DNA from: an uncultured Gemmatimonadales bacterium
GTDB taxonomy: Bacteria > Gemmatimonadota > Gemmatimonadetes > Longimicrobiales > RSA9
NCBI GenBank assembly: GCA_963798085.1
Contig: CAWCRS010000002.1
Span: 96,001 to 160,000, forward strand
DNA length: 64,000 nucleotides
Reading direction: 5' to 3'
Positions 9,906-21,025 of this stretch are shown here, piece after piece; positions within the stretch are counted from its first letter, which is position 1; each line of letters begins with the position of its first letter. Made by a program: the position numbers and the translations under genes. The notes beneath the pieces are model-generated. The model saw nothing but the letters and a program-made list of their open reading frames with translations, did not search any database and had not been told where the DNA came from.

Positions 9906-10456
9906 CGGGCGCCGAGCGCGTGCTCGAGACGCATGGGCACGATGTCTAACGCGGTGTCAGGCGATTGCTGCGTCAGCAGCACGGCGCCGGTGCTGTCCAG
10001 CAGCTCGAGGCGATAGAGGCGGGCGCCGGCCGTGGCATGCCACACGAAGCGCGCGGATTCCGCGGCGGACGTCGCAGCGCCAGCTTCCGGCGTGATCAGG
10101 GCAATGGCCCCGCCGGCGGCGCCGCGCATGGCCGGCGCCGGCTCGGGAGTCATGCGCCAGACGACCCACGTGCCCAGCAGCAGGACCAGCGACGCCGCGA
10201 TGGCCAGCGGCAGCCCCAGCCGGCGGATCGATTCGCCATGGCTCGCCTGCTCGGTTGCACGCAGCAACTCGAACTCGCTGGCGCAGCGGTTACAGCGCAT
10301 GACGTGGTCCAGCGTGCGCATGCGCTCGCCTTCATCGCCCGTGCGGTCAATGAGGGCGGTGATGGCCTCGGCGGGCGGGCATTCCTCCGGCGTGTCCGCA
10401 GCGCGGCGGGCGTAGCGGGCGCGCAATTCTGCGTCGCCTGGCTGTTCATGCGTCAT
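9827..10456 (-). CDS. Zinc-binding (zf-HC2-like) membrane anti-sigma factor
   Basis: CP..LDHVMRCNRC, TM LAIAASLVLLLGTWVVW, periplasmic beta domain; overlaps the end of the ECF sigma gene. Confidence 0.8.
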   Translation of the reverse strand: MTHEQPGDAELRARYARRAADTPEECPPAEAITALIDRTGDEGERMRTLDHVMRCNRCASEFELLRATEQASHGESIRRLGLPLAIAASLVLLLGTWVVWRMTPEPAPAMRGAAGGAIALITPEAGAATSAAESARFVWHATAGARLYRLELLDSTGAVLLTQQSPDTALDIVPMRLEHALGARQWRVEAVREDGTRAVSTLRRLRLTP

Positions 10457-10973
10457 GGGCCCCCTCGGGCGCGAGCTGCGCGCGCAGGTCCGCGAGTCCG
10501 CGATAGAGCAGGTTGCGCGTCTTGGGCTCACTCCAGCCGAACAGCTGCCCGATCTCGCGCTGCGTGTAGCCGGCGAGGTACATGCGGACCACGCCTCTCC
10601 TGGATTCCGCCAGCGTGCCGACGGCGCGCTCGAGAGTAGCGGCGGCTTCGTCGCGTTCCACCGGATCCGGCTGCGTCTTCGCCATGGCTTCCTCCGGCGC
10701 TGCGTCCAGGTGGATTGCGGCATGCTCGCCGCGGACCCGCCGCCGGCGCATCCGGTCGATGAGCACGGCGCGAACCACTCTGTAGACATAGGACGCAGGG
10801 AGGCGGGAAATCCTCTCGGCTTCGGGAACGGCCTGCCATACGCGGATGCGGACCTGCTGCATGATCTCGTCGAGATCGGCATGGCTGGCCGCGTGGCCGT
10901 GGGCCAGCCGCAGAATGCGGCTCTGGCAGCGGTGCAGCAGTGCATCCAGCTCGCGTGACAGCGCGTCAGTCAT
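10446..10973 (-). CDS. ECF RNA polymerase sigma factor
   Basis: DEIMQQVRIRVWQ and LIDRMRRRR (region 2); GYTQREIGQLFGWSEPKTRNLLYRG (region 4). Start could be 11021. Confidence 0.9.
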   Translation of the reverse strand: MTDALSRELDALLHRCQSRILRLAHGHAASHADLDEIMQQVRIRVWQAVPEAERISRLPASYVYRVVRAVLIDRMRRRRVRGEHAAIHLDAAPEEAMAKTQPDPVERDEAAATLERAVGTLAESRRGVVRMYLAGYTQREIGQLFGWSEPKTRNLLYRGLADLRAQLAPEGAHDA

Positions 10974-11092
10974 GCCGGCAAACGTAGCCGTCTGCCCACG
11001 GACGTGTGAAGCAGGGGACAAATCCGTAGAGTGAGACGCGCGAGGTCCGCCGTGCGTCCTTTCATGGCGGAGGTCCCATCGGAGGCGGCTTC

Positions 11093-12481
11093 ATGCGGAA
11101 TCGCAATGTCGTCCTGCTTGCACTCATGCTGCTGGGAAGCTGCAAGTGCAACGAGGACAGCACGAGCATCGACCCGTGCACTTTCACTGATACCTGTCCG
11201 AGCGACAGCCCGGTCGTTGTCGCAGCTGCCAGCGCCACACTGCAATCCGTGCCCTCCGGCGGCGCCGTGCCGGATCCTCCCGCCATACAGCTGTTGCGTG
11301 ACGGTCAGCCGTTCGTCAATCCGCTGTGCCTGGTGACCTTCAGTGTGACCGGTGGAGGCGGGCAGCTCTACAGTCTGACGGCCCCGGGAGGCGCCACATC
11401 CGCGCTGGTGCTGATGACCACATCGGTGGCGCGCGTCGACCGGTGGGTGCTGGGCACGGCCACAGGACAGAACGCCGTCCGCGCCACGGTCGGCTGCTCC
11501 GGGTTCTACAACGTTTCGTATCAGTCGCGGGATTTCGTCGCCAACGGCGTAACCGAGCAGGCCGGGTTCATCACGAAAGTGGCGGGCGACAATCAGAGCG
11601 CAGAGGTGGGTTCGCCGCTGATCGATCCGCTTCGTGTCCGCGTCGACGTGCGACCCGGTGTGCCGCTGCCCCTCGCCAGCGTCGCCTTCCGCGTCGCATC
11701 GGGCGGCGGCAACCTGAACGGCCCGACCACGGTATTGGCCACGACCGACGCCTACGGCTTCGCCAATTCACCGATCTGGACGCTGGGCAGTGCAGCCGGT
11801 GTGCAGACCACCGAAGCGTCCGTGACGAACCTGCCCGCCGTGACGTTCACCGCCCATGCGCTGACGCTGACTGCGGCCCAGGTCAGCGCGTCGAGCGTAC
11901 CCGCCGGCGCCGCCGGCCAGCTCGCCAGCCCCGCTCCGGCCGTTCTCGTGCAGGACCGGCTGGGCAACCCGATCGCGAACGCCAGTGTGCGCTTCGCCGT
12001 CACGGCGGGCAATGGCAGCACCAGCGGCAACGGGGTGCTTTCTGGCGCCAACGGCATTGCGATCGGCGATTGGCGCCTGGGCAGTCCGGGCGTGAACACC
12101 CTTACAGGTACAGTCATCAGAGGCGGCGTGGCGGATCCCAACGTGGCCGGCAATCCGGTCACATTCACCGTAAACGTCGTAGCATCGAGCGGAATCCGCG
12201 TGATCGTGACGATCTACAGCGAGCCGGTGTCGGGCGTGACTGCTACCATCAGCGGCCCTTCCTCCGCCAGCGGCACGACAGACAGTAACGGCACCGTGCT
12301 GTTCGCGCCGCTCAATCCGGGCACCTACTCGGTGACGATCGTTCCGCCCGCATTCACCTATTTCGATCCCACCACGCAGCAGGTGGTGGTCGTCAACGGC
12401 CAGACCACGGACGTCGTGTTCGAAGGATATGGGGCGTTGGCCATGGCCGGCGCGTGGCGAGGCGCCGGTCGGAACTGGTAG
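11093..12481 (+). CDS. Surface lipoprotein with Ig-like repeats and C-terminal carboxypeptidase-regulatory-like domain
   Basis: LLGSC lipobox; three repeats of V.F.V..GGG..W.LG..G.N; KVAGDNQSA; GGAGG RBS. Confidence 0.8.
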   Translation: MRNRNVVLLALMLLGSCKCNEDSTSIDPCTFTDTCPSDSPVVVAAASATLQSVPSGGAVPDPPAIQLLRDGQPFVNPLCLVTFSVTGGGGQLYSLTAPGGATSALVLMTTSVARVDRWVLGTATGQNAVRATVGCSGFYNVSYQSRDFVANGVTEQAGFITKVAGDNQSAEVGSPLIDPLRVRVDVRPGVPLPLASVAFRVASGGGNLNGPTTVLATTDAYGFANSPIWTLGSAAGVQTTEASVTNLPAVTFTAHALTLTAAQVSASSVPAGAAGQLASPAPAVLVQDRLGNPIANASVRFAVTAGNGSTSGNGVLSGANGIAIGDWRLGSPGVNTLTGTVIRGGVADPNVAGNPVTFTVNVVASSGIRVIVTIYSEPVSGVTATISGPSSASGTTDSNGTVLFAPLNPGTYSVTIVPPAFTYFDPTTQQVVVVNGQTTDVVFEGYGALAMAGAWRGAGRNW

Positions 12482-12496
12482 TGCGGATACGCTCGC

Positions 12497-13675
12497 TCAG
12501 AACGCGCTGAAGCCGGTCAGGTCCTGGCCCAGGATGAGACCGTGCACGTCGTGCGTGCCTTCGTAGGTGTAGACGGACTCGAGGTTGGCCATGTGGCGCA
12601 TGGCAGAATACTCGACCAGGATGCCGTTGGCGCCCAGCAGGCGGCGGGCTTCGCGTGCCACGTCGCAGGCCATCGAGCAGTTGGCGCGCTTCGCGAGTGA
12701 GACCTGCTGCGGGCGCACCTTCTTCTGATCCTTGAGCCGGCCCAGCTGCAGGCAGAGCAGCTGACCCTGTGTTATGGAGGTGAGCATTTCCGCGAGCCGC
12801 ACCTGCTGGATCTGCTTGGCGCCAATGGGCTCGTCGAACATGACGCGCTCCTTCGAGTAGCGGAGCGCTTCATCGAAGCAGGCCATGGCCGCGCCCACCG
12901 CACCCCACGCGATGCCATACCTTGCCTGTGTCAGGCACATCAGCGGACTCTTGAGGCCCTTCGTTTCCGGTAACAGCGCGTCATCAGCCACGCGCACGTC
13001 CTGCAGGGCCAGCTCACTGGTATCCGATGCCAGCAGCGACAGCTTGCCCTTCTGGTCCCGCGCCGTGAAGCCGGGTGTGTCCGTGGGAACGATGAAGCCG
13101 CGGATGGACTCGACATCGCTCAGCTCGCCGGTCTTGGCCCAGATGATCGCGATGTTCGCCATGGAGCCGTTCGTGATCCACATCTTGGCGCCATTCAGCA
13201 CCCAGCCGTCCGCGGTCTGCTTCGCAGTAGTAATCATGCCGGCGGGGTTGGAGCCGTAATCCGGCTCCGTCAGGCCGAAGCAGCCGATCACCTCGCCAGC
13301 CGCCATGCGCGGCAGCCACTTCTGCTTCTGCGCCGTGCTGCCGAACGCGAAGATGGGATACATGCAGAGCGCGCCCTGCACCGAAGCGAAGGAACGGATG
13401 CCGGAGTCGCCGCGCTCCAGCTCCTGCATGATCAGGCCGTAGGCGACATTGTTCAGTCCGGCACAGCCATACTCTTCGGGCAGATTCGCGCCGAGCATGC
13501 CCAGCTCCGCCATCTGCGGTATCAGCTGCTTCGGAAAATGCCGCGCGATGTACGCTTCCTGGATCACCGGCAACAGGTTGTCATCCACCCAGCTGCGCAC
13601 GGTGTCACGCACCATGCGTTCATCCTCGCCGAGCAGCGAATCCGTATCGAAGTAGTCTATGCCCTGGAAGGCCAT
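12497..13675 (-). CDS. Acyl-CoA dehydrogenase, glutaryl-CoA dehydrogenase-like
   Basis: GCFGLTEPDYGSNP, LNGAKMWITNG, RHMANLESVYTYEGTHDVH. Confidence 0.92.
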   Translation of the reverse strand: MAFQGIDYFDTDSLLGEDERMVRDTVRSWVDDNLLPVIQEAYIARHFPKQLIPQMAELGMLGANLPEEYGCAGLNNVAYGLIMQELERGDSGIRSFASVQGALCMYPIFAFGSTAQKQKWLPRMAAGEVIGCFGLTEPDYGSNPAGMITTAKQTADGWVLNGAKMWITNGSMANIAIIWAKTGELSDVESIRGFIVPTDTPGFTARDQKGKLSLLASDTSELALQDVRVADDALLPETKGLKSPLMCLTQARYGIAWGAVGAAMACFDEALRYSKERVMFDEPIGAKQIQQVRLAEMLTSITQGQLLCLQLGRLKDQKKVRPQQVSLAKRANCSMACDVAREARRLLGANGILVEYSAMRHMANLESVYTYEGTHDVHGLILGQDLTGFSAF

Positions 13676-13740
13676 GGTTGTGGCGCTCGTCCTGGTTCTG
13701 GTTGGCGCGGAAGGTAGTCGGCGGCAGGGAATCTGAAAAG

Positions 13741-13780
13741 CGTTTCCGGGGCTGGGGCTCGGGCTGGTTGCTGGGCAACG
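13741..13780. repeat. Dispersed 40-bp intergenic repeat, copy A
   Basis: Reverse complement matches 41137..41176 at 35 of 40 positions. Confidence 0.65.
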
Positions 13781-13887
13781 ACACCCGAGAGAATCGGAGT
13801 TCCATCCGTTCCGGAGCCGCCGGCAACGCAGTTCCCGGTCGAGGCGTGTTCCGCTGGACGGCCGGCAATGCACGGGACGCCGGTCTG

Positions 13888-14911
13888 CTACCCTAACCGC
13901 CTGATAATGGCAGCGGCGAAGTCGGCGGTGCCACTGCGGCCGCCCAGATCCGGCGTCAGCGTGTCGTGCACCTCGAGGGTCTGCTGTGTGGCGCGACGCA
14001 CGCGCTCCGCCGCTTCGCCCTGCCCCACGTGTTCCAGCATCATGCAGGCGGCCAGGATCATGGCCGTGGGGTTGGCGATGCCCCTGCCGGCGAGGTCGGG
14101 CGCGGAGCCGTGCACCGGCTCGAACATGGCCGCTTCCCGTCCGATGTTGCCGCCCGGCGCCATCCCCAGGCCACCCACGAGGCCGGCCATCTCGATCGCT
14201 CAGGATGTCACCGAACATGTTCTCCATCACCAGCACATCGAACTGCCAGGGATCGAGCACGAGCTGCATGGCCGTGGCATCAATGATCCGGTCGTCGAAG
14301 GCGACGCGGTCTGCGTACTCCTGCGCCACACGCCGGCCCTCGTCGAGGAACAGGCCCTGCGTGTACTTCAGGATATTGGCCTTGTGCGCGAGGGTCACTT
14401 TGCGCCGGCCGTGCGTCACTGCGTACTCGAAGGCATAACGCACAATGCGCTCCGCGCCGAAGCGCGTGATGATCATGACGGACTCGGCCGCGGCACGCGG
14501 ATCATCGCCCATGCCGATGTAGTGCTCGACGCCCACGTACAGGCCTTCGGTGTTCTCGCGAATGAGCACCAGGTCGATGTCATCGTAGCGGCCGCCCGGC
14601 ATGAGTGTGCGCGCCGGACGCACGTTGGCGTAGAGGTCGAATTCCTTGCGCAGTGTCACGTTGATGCTGCGGAAGCCGACGCCCACGGGTGTAGTGAGCG
14701 GCCCCTTCAGCGCGACGCGCGTACGGCGGATCGAGTCCAGAGTCGCGTCCGGCAGCGGTGTGTGCAGCGCATCGACTGCCGCCATGCCCGCCAGCTGGTA
14801 GTCCCATTGCAGCCGAGCGCCCGCTGCCTCGAGGACGCGCAGCGTTGCAGCCGTGATGTCCGGTCCAATGCCGTCGCCCGGAATCAGGGTCACGGCGGCG
14901 CCAGTGGTCAT
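13888..14911 (-). CDS. Isocitrate/isopropylmalate dehydrogenase family protein (+1 frameshift near 14190)
   Basis: [33 protein letters not shown], then [13 protein letters not shown] in the next frame. Confidence 0.9.
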
Positions 14912-14992
14912 TCGTCGTTCTTCCGGCTCAAATGGCTTCGATGAGGGAATCGCACCGGCGCGAGGCCCGGCGAAACGCAGATTCCGCCCGAC

Positions 14993-15590
14993 TCACTTCC
15001 CCGCGATGACGCCCGCCAGCGCATTGGCGGCCGTGGCGGCGGCGGCGGGGGAGCCTTCGGCCGCGGGCTTGCCGGCGACGACGCCGAACCAGAGAACGCG
15101 GCCGCCATCGGTCTCGATGAGGGCAAGGCTCATCTCCGACGTGGCCCGCGGCCGTGTCGCCGGGCGCGTACCAGGCGGCGACGGGCAATAGTGCGAATCG
15201 CGCACCCAGCAGCACACCCAGGCTGTGGAGATCGCCGAACAGCGGGTCGCCGATATTCTTCACCTGCGCGCGACGGAACGCGGAAACGGCCAGCGCGTGC
15301 AGGTCGATCTCGAGTCCGGGCGAGCGCGCGAGCGCCCGTTCCATCGCGGGTGGAAACACCCACTTCACACCGGGCAGCCGCTCACCCAGCGCGAACGCGA
15401 TCTCGCGGTCCAGCCCCGGCACCGGCTCCTTCGCCAGCGCACCCGGCCCCGGCTGCGCCGGCAGCATCATCACGGTCGCCCCCGTCATGTCCGGCGGCCG
15501 CGTCGCGTTCCCCGCCGCCGGCGGCGCCCGGTGGGCACAGCCCGCCAGCGACAACGCGTAGAGCGCCATGCTAATGATCTGTTTGGTCAA
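14993..15590 (-). CDS. Hypothetical lipoprotein (+1 frameshift near 15135)
   Basis: LAGC lipobox; reading continues in the 14993..15217 frame (EMSLALIETDGGRVLWFGVV). Confidence 0.6.
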
Positions 15591-15654
15591 GCGATTTCTG
15601 CTCCGTTGACGACCGTGAAATGCGTTTCTGGGGCTGAAGCGACGCAATCGCAGT

Positions 15655-16473
15655 TCAAAGCATGTACCCGCCATCCACGGGAATCACGGCGCCGGTGACG
15701 TGGCGTGATTGCTCGGAGCAGAGGAAGAGCACCACGTGGGCGACGTCCTGGGGATCGCCGAGGCGGCGCAGCGCGCTGCGTTCGCGGGCGCGGTCCAGGA
15801 TCTCGGATGACACGCCCTCCGCCAGGCGGGTGGTGCGAATATAGCCGGGCGCGACCGCGTTCACGTTGATGTTGGACGGACCCAGCTCGACGGCGGCCGC
15901 GCGCGTCAGGCCGATCAGGCCCGCCTTGGACGCTGTGTAGTTGGCCAGACCGAATTCGCTGCGCAGTCCGTGCACCGATGCGATGTTGACGATCTTGCCG
16001 AACTGCTGGGCGCGGAACTGCGGTGTGCAGGCGCGGATCATGTTGAACGCGCCGGTGAGGTTGGTCTCGAGCACATCCGACCACTCGTCGTCTTCCATGC
16101 GCCAGAGCGCACGGTCGCGCGCAATGCCCGCGTTATTGATCAGGATGTGCAGTCCGCCCAGCGATTCGGCGGCTTCATCGACGAAGCGTCTGACGGCTGC
16201 GGCGTCGCGTACATCACACTCGCGACCGAAGACGGTGACTTCGAGCAGGCGCAGCTCGGCGGCGGTGCGCAGGGCGGCTTCGGCGGTGCGACCATCGCCT
16301 TCATCCATCCAGTTGAAGGCGACGTGTACACCGGTGCGTGCGAAGGCGAGGGCAATGGCGCGGCCGATACCGGTGGCGCCCCCGGTGACGATGGCGCCGT
16401 GACCGCGCAATTCGGCGCCCGTCCGCACCAGCTCGGGCCGGGGGTCCGCCACGACCGCCAGCAGTTCGTCCAC
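15655..16473 (-). CDS. FabG-like short-chain dehydrogenase (start uncertain)
   Basis: TGGATGIG, NNAGI, YTASK, NAVAPGYI, VDGG. Confidence 0.9.
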   Translation of the reverse strand: MDELLAVVADPRPELVRTGAELRGHGAIVTGGATGIGRAIALAFARTGVHVAFNWMDEGDGRTAEAALRTAAELRLLEVTVFGRECDVRDAAAVRRFVDEAAESLGGLHILINNAGIARDRALWRMEDDEWSDVLETNLTGAFNMIRACTPQFRAQQFGKIVNIASVHGLRSEFGLANYTASKAGLIGLTRAAAVELGPSNINVNAVAPGYIRTTRLAEGVSSEILDRARERSALRRLGDPQDVAHVVLFLCSEQSRHVTGAVIPVDGGYML

Positions 16474-16609
16474 GTCGCTCGCATCACCCGCCCCGGACTT
16501 GCCGGACGCGAACGGTCCCCGCGCTAACACGCCTCGGTCCCTCGGGCTGCCATGACACCTGCGGCCAACCGCGCCGACGGCAGCAGAGCTGCCCGGGGCG
16601 CGCGCCGGG

Positions 16610-16638
16610 AGGATGCCCCGTGCGCCATTGCCTGTCAA
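16610..16638 (-). promoter_or_regulatory. Candidate sigma70 promoter
   Basis: TTGACA-17 nt-CATCCT upstream of the SDR gene. Confidence 0.4.
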
Positions 16639-16696
16639 GCAGATTTCCTGCGGTGGGACCGGAACCTGGAGGGACAGCGTCGCCGGCGAACCCGCC

Positions 16697-17377
16697 TCAG
16701 CCCGAGGCCTGCTGTTTCTCTTCGGCGTGATGCTTCACCATGCGACCCTCCACCATGTAGACCACATCCTCGGAGATGTTGGTAGCGAGGTCCGCGATAC
16801 GCTCGACATTGCCGGAAACCAGCAGCATGTCCATGCCCGCGGAAATGCGACGCGGGTCTTCCATCATGTGTGTGAGCAGCACGCGGAACGTGTTGTCGTG
16901 CAGCTCGTCTACGCGGTCATCGCGCCGCAGGATGTCGCGCGCCAGGCGGGTGTCCGCGCGCACGAACGCGTCGAGCGCATCCTTGAGCATGGCCGTGCTC
17001 AGCCGCACCATTTCCTCGAGCTCGGGCAGCACGGGAAAGAGCGGCGCTTCCAGAAGCCAGTGCACGGTATCGGCAATGTTGACCGCGTGATCGCCGACGC
17101 GCTCGAGCGCGCTCGAGATCTTCATGGCCATGGTGATGAGGCGCAGGTCCTTGGCCATGGGCTGCTGCAGCGCCAGCAGTTTGACGGAGCGTTCCTCGAT
17201 GTCGACCTCGAGGTCATCGAGCGCGGCATCCTGATCGACGACTTCGCGGGCCTTCGCCTCATCGCGTTCCAGCAGGGCGGCGACGCCTTTGCGCACTGCA
17301 TCCTCCGCCAGGCCGGCCATCTCGACCAGGCGTGTCTTCAGTGCGTCCAGCTCGTCCTGGAAATGGCGCTGCGTCAT
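16697..17377 (-). CDS. phoU: Phosphate signalling protein PhoU
   Basis: [44 protein letters not shown]. Confidence 0.97.
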   Translation of the reverse strand: MTQRHFQDELDALKTRLVEMAGLAEDAVRKGVAALLERDEAKAREVVDQDAALDDLEVDIEERSVKLLALQQPMAKDLRLITMAMKISSALERVGDHAVNIADTVHWLLEAPLFPVLPELEEMVRLSTAMLKDALDAFVRADTRLARDILRRDDRVDELHDNTFRVLLTHMMEDPRRISAGMDMLLVSGNVERIADLATNISEDVVYMVEGRMVKHHAEEKQQASG

Positions 17378-18216
17378 CCGAACCTGCCGGTGATGTAGGC
17401 TTCCGTGCGCTCCTCCTTCGGATTGGTGAAGAGGCTCTGTGTCGGCCCGTACTCCACCATTTCGCCCAGATACAGGAACGCGGTGAAATCACTGACGCGC
17501 GCCGCCTGCTGCATGTTGTGCGTCACGATGACCACGGTATAGACCTGCTTCAGCTCGTAGATGAGGTCCTCGATCTTCTGGGTCGCGATGGGGTCGAGTG
17601 CGGAGGCCGGCTCGTCCATGAGCAGCACTTCCGGCTCCACCGCGAGTGCGCGCGCGATGCACAAGCGTTGCTGCTGTCCGCCCGAAAGGGCAAGGGCGCT
17701 CTTGTCCAGGCGGTCCTTCACTTCCTCCCAGAGCGCAGCCTGCCGGAGTGAGCGCTCGACCTTGGCATCCATGTCCCCGCGATACCCGTTGATGCGGGGA
17801 CCGAACGCCACGTTATCATAAATCGACTTGGGGAACGGGTTCGGCTTCTGGAACACCATGCCAATGCGGCGGCGCACGTCGACCGGATCGATGCCCGGGC
17901 CGTACAGGTTCTTGCCCTGAAAGATGGCTTCACCCGTGACGCGTGCGCCCGGCACCAGGTCGTTCATGCGGTTGAAGCAGCGCAGCAGTGTGCTCTTGCC
18001 GCAGCCGGACGGGCCAATGAAGGCGACCACCTTGCGCTCGGGCACACGCAGCGAGACGTCGCGCACGGCCAATGTCGGTCCGTAGAAGACGCTGAGATCG
18101 CGCGTCTCCAGTTCAATGTTTCCGGGTGGCGCGAAAATGGACGTCATCGACTCCCGCGAGCGTGCGGTCTGCCCATCGGGTGAGGTGGGCGCGGCATCCC
18201 TGGTGCCTGGCTCCAT
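17374..18216 (-). CDS. pstB: Phosphate ABC transporter ATPase
   Basis: [44 protein letters not shown]. Confidence 0.97.
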   Translation of the reverse strand: MEPGTRDAAPTSPDGQTARSRESMTSIFAPPGNIELETRDLSVFYGPTLAVRDVSLRVPERKVVAFIGPSGCGKSTLLRCFNRMNDLVPGARVTGEAIFQGKNLYGPGIDPVDVRRRIGMVFQKPNPFPKSIYDNVAFGPRINGYRGDMDAKVERSLRQAALWEEVKDRLDKSALALSGGQQQRLCIARALAVEPEVLLMDEPASALDPIATQKIEDLIYELKQVYTVVIVTHNMQQAARVSDFTAFLYLGEMVEYGPTQSLFTNPKEERTEAYITGRFG

Positions 18217-18218
18217 GA

Positions 18219-19358
18219 TCAGAACGAGACCTGCGCCTGGAAACGCAGCGCGTGTTCGCTGTGGAAACGGTCGCCGGAGGGCATGTACACGTCCCAGTCC
18301 AGCATCAGCCGGTTGTGGCCCTCGAAGTAGAGGTTGACGCCGGGAGTCAGAAGCACGCCTTCGTCGCCTGATGCCTGATGATCAGGATCGGCCCAGCTCA
18401 CGCGGGCCAGCGGCTCCAGGCCCTGCACCCGCCCGCCGGAAACCGCGCGATACCACGCCAGCACGCCCTGCGCGCCGCGAAACGTTGCAGCGGCGGCGAA
18501 GTTGCTGCCGGTGGTAGCTTCCGCGAGAAGATGCGGGCCGGGCCGACGGAAGGCGCCCAGCTCGACATCGGCCTCGAATGCGGTGCCATCCAGCCGCGGC
18601 TGGGCGCCGCTGCCGGGCACTTCGTGGTAGCTCACTGCCGTGCCCACAACCAGCGGCGCATGGCCCGGCGCGTGCCAGCGCAGGTGACCCGCATACGACT
18701 TGGCGCCATTGCTGTCGATCTTCTCGGGACCGGCGCCGTTGAAGATACCCGCCTCGTACTCGATGGCGTGGAGCCGGCCGTGTACCGCGGCGCCCAGATC
18801 GAAGCTGTGATAGCCCAGCACGTCGAGCACGGTCTGCTCTTCACCCAGCATCGTCAGACCCTTGAAGCTGTGGAGCACGGGCGAGCCGGCCGCTTCGTCG
18901 CGCAGCTCGTACGCCTGTTCGAGACCGCGAATGCGGAGCCCGCGCTCGATGATGGGAAGCTCCTGCGAGCTGCTCATTTGAAACAGGCCGAATGCCTTCT
19001 TGAACTGGCCCAGCCGCACTTCGAAGCGAGGATCGAAGGAAAAGGTCATGTACGCCTGTCGTACGGCCACCTTCGCGTTGGCGAAGTCCATGTCCAGGAT
19101 GGCTGTGATCCAGTCATCCACCTCAATGTGCGCACCCATGCGCACACGACGCGTTTCGAACGTCGTTGCGGCGATCTGCGCATCGGAATCGGGCTGTGCC
19201 AGGTCGGCGGCCCGCACACTCGTGCTGTTGAACTGGAACTGCACTCGACCGAACAGCCTCGCGGTGATGTGACCGTTGCCGGACTCCTGCGCGGCGGCCG
19301 GGCTGGTCAGTGTCAGCCACAGCAGACCAGCCGTCGTCACCGTGAACGAACGCCGCAT
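18219..19358 (-). CDS. Phosphate-selective porin (OprO/OprP-like)
   Basis: Signal peptide, GRVQFQF, FETRRVR, GQFKKAF, C-terminal QAQVSF; lies in the pho operon. Confidence 0.75.
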   Translation of the reverse strand: MRRSFTVTTAGLLWLTLTSPAAAQESGNGHITARLFGRVQFQFNSTSVRAADLAQPDSDAQIAATTFETRRVRMGAHIEVDDWITAILDMDFANAKVAVRQAYMTFSFDPRFEVRLGQFKKAFGLFQMSSSQELPIIERGLRIRGLEQAYELRDEAAGSPVLHSFKGLTMLGEEQTVLDVLGYHSFDLGAAVHGRLHAIEYEAGIFNGAGPEKIDSNGAKSYAGHLRWHAPGHAPLVVGTAVSYHEVPGSGAQPRLDGTAFEADVELGAFRRPGPHLLAEATTGSNFAAAATFRGAQGVLAWYRAVSGGRVQGLEPLARVSWADPDHQASGDEGVLLTPGVNLYFEGHNRLMLDWDVYMPSGDRFHSEHALRFQAQVSF

Positions 19359-19549
19359 TGCCTCTCCTGCCTCGGGTGTCAGTGTAACAGCGGGGCAGGA
19401 TGATGGGGCCGCGGCGACGAAAAGGCGATTGCCGGAAGCAGGCGTCAGCAGGCACCGTCCTCGGCGACCGGTGGGGTGTGTCCGGGAAACGTGGTGGGGA
19501 TCATGGCTGGGCGCAGTCACGGCGGGTCGCACCTCGGGTGACGGCCGGG

Positions 19550-21025
19550 TCACGACGCAGGCTGCGCGGCCGGCAGTCGCACGCGGATGGTGGTCCCCTT
19601 GCCGAGCTCGCTGCTGGCCGAGACCTCACCCTCCATGCTTTCCACCATGTGCTTCACGATGCTGAGCCCGAGGCCGGTGCCGCCATCCGCGCGCGAGCGC
19701 GCGGGATCCACGCGGTAGAAGCGCTCGAAGATGCGCGGCAATGCATCGCCGGGGATGCCGGTGCCGTTGTCCTGCACTTCGATGGTCACGAAGGGGCGAC
19801 CCGCGTGCGGACCGGACGCCCCGTTGCTGGAAGGTCTGCCGGTCTCCGTCCGCAGCAGTACACGGATGGTGCCGCCCGGTGGTGTGTAGCGCAGCGCATT
19901 ATCGAACAGGTTCAGCAGAATGTGGCGCAGTGCGGACGCGTCCGCGCGTGCATTCAGGTTCTTCTCGGGACCCACGAAGAGGATGCTCTTCTCGCGCGCT
20001 CGCTGTGCGCATGTCTCCCACACGTCATCGATGAGCCCGCCCACGCCAATGTCTTCCACGTCCGGCCGCCATGTTCCCGACTCGAGACGCGAGAGGTCCA
20101 GCAGATCGTCCACGATGCGGCGCAGTCGTTCGGCATTCTTGTGGATCACTTCGAGGAACTGCTTGCGCATGCCCGGCTCGAGATCATCGGACATCAGCGT
20201 CTCGACGTAGCCGCGAATGGATGTCAGTGGCGTGCGGATCTCGTGGCTGACATTGGCGACGAAATCCCGCCGCACACCTTCGAGGCGACGCAGCTCCGTC
20301 AGGTCCACGAGGGTGAGCGTCGCGCGGGGCGCTGCCTCACCCATGTTCGAAATCGGTTCATCCTGCGCGATGGGGTGACCTGCGACGAGCAGTCGCCGGT
20401 CATCGACTGTGACTTCCGCGGTCTGCGTCCCGTCCGTGCCCAGGCGATCCAGCAGCCCCCGCAGCTCGGCGCCGCGCACCAGTGTAGGCAGTGGCCGGCC
20501 CACACAGTCGTCGGGCAGGCCCAGCAACACTCGCCCGCCGGCGTTCGCGCGCAGAATGCGGCGATCTGCGTCGAGCAGGAGAATGCCTTCCGTCGCAGAA
20601 TTGATCAGCAGTGCCAGCTCGTCGCGTTCGCGCTGCCAGTGCTCGCCGCGCTGCTCAAGCTCCGTTGCCAGTCTGTCGATGGCCGTAGACACCGACTGCA
20701 GCTCGGTGATGGGCGGGCGCCAGCTGGATCTCAGCCCTTTCAGCCGGTTGCCCGCGTCCGTACGCAGCCTCGCCAGAGAGCGTGTGGCCGCAGTGGACAC
20801 CGTGATGGCGATGGCGATACTGAGGAGCAGCGTGAGGGCCGCGAAAATGATGAACGCGGTGCGGAACTCGTTGAGCACGCCATTCAGCTGCGTCGCATCC
20901 ATGAGCGGCGCGAGTCGCGAGCGCAGGAATTCGGCCGCTGCCGCATCGACCCAGAAAAGACCAAGGATGGTGAGGGCGACGAAGGCCAGTACCGCGATCG
21001 GCCGCAGCCGCCAGACCTGCTTCAT
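19550..21025 (-). CDS. phoR: Sensor histidine kinase PhoR
   Basis: TM helices, PAS, DFVANVSHEIRTPLT, FERFYRVD..RSR..GGTGLGLSIVKH. Confidence 0.88.
   Translation of the reverse strand: MKQVWRLRPIAVLAFVALTILGLFWVDAAAAEFLRSRLAPLMDATQLNGVLNEFRTAFIIFAALTLLLSIAIAITVSTAATRSLARLRTDAGNRLKGLRSSWRPPITELQSVSTAIDRLATELEQRGEHWQRERDELALLINSATEGILLLDADRRILRANAGGRVLLGLPDDCVGRPLPTLVRGAELRGLLDRLGTDGTQTAEVTVDDRRLLVAGHPIAQDEPISNMGEAAPRATLTLVDLTELRRLEGVRRDFVANVSHEIRTPLTSIRGYVETLMSDDLEPGMRKQFLEVIHKNAERLRRIVDDLLDLSRLESGTWRPDVEDIGVGGLIDDVWETCAQRAREKSILFVGPEKNLNARADASALRHILLNLFDNALRYTPPGGTIRVLLRTETGRPSSNGASGPHAGRPFVTIEVQDNGTGIPGDALPRIFERFYRVDPARSRADGGTGLGLSIVKHMVESMEGEVSASSELGKGTTIRVRLPAAQPAS

Noticed and set aside
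12497..14911. 804-aa ORF suggesting an Idh / acyl-CoA dehydrogenase fusion
   Set aside because: Artefact of the +1 shift near 14190. The Idh-like C-terminus is in 13888..14190 and the dehydrogenase has its own ATG at 13675.
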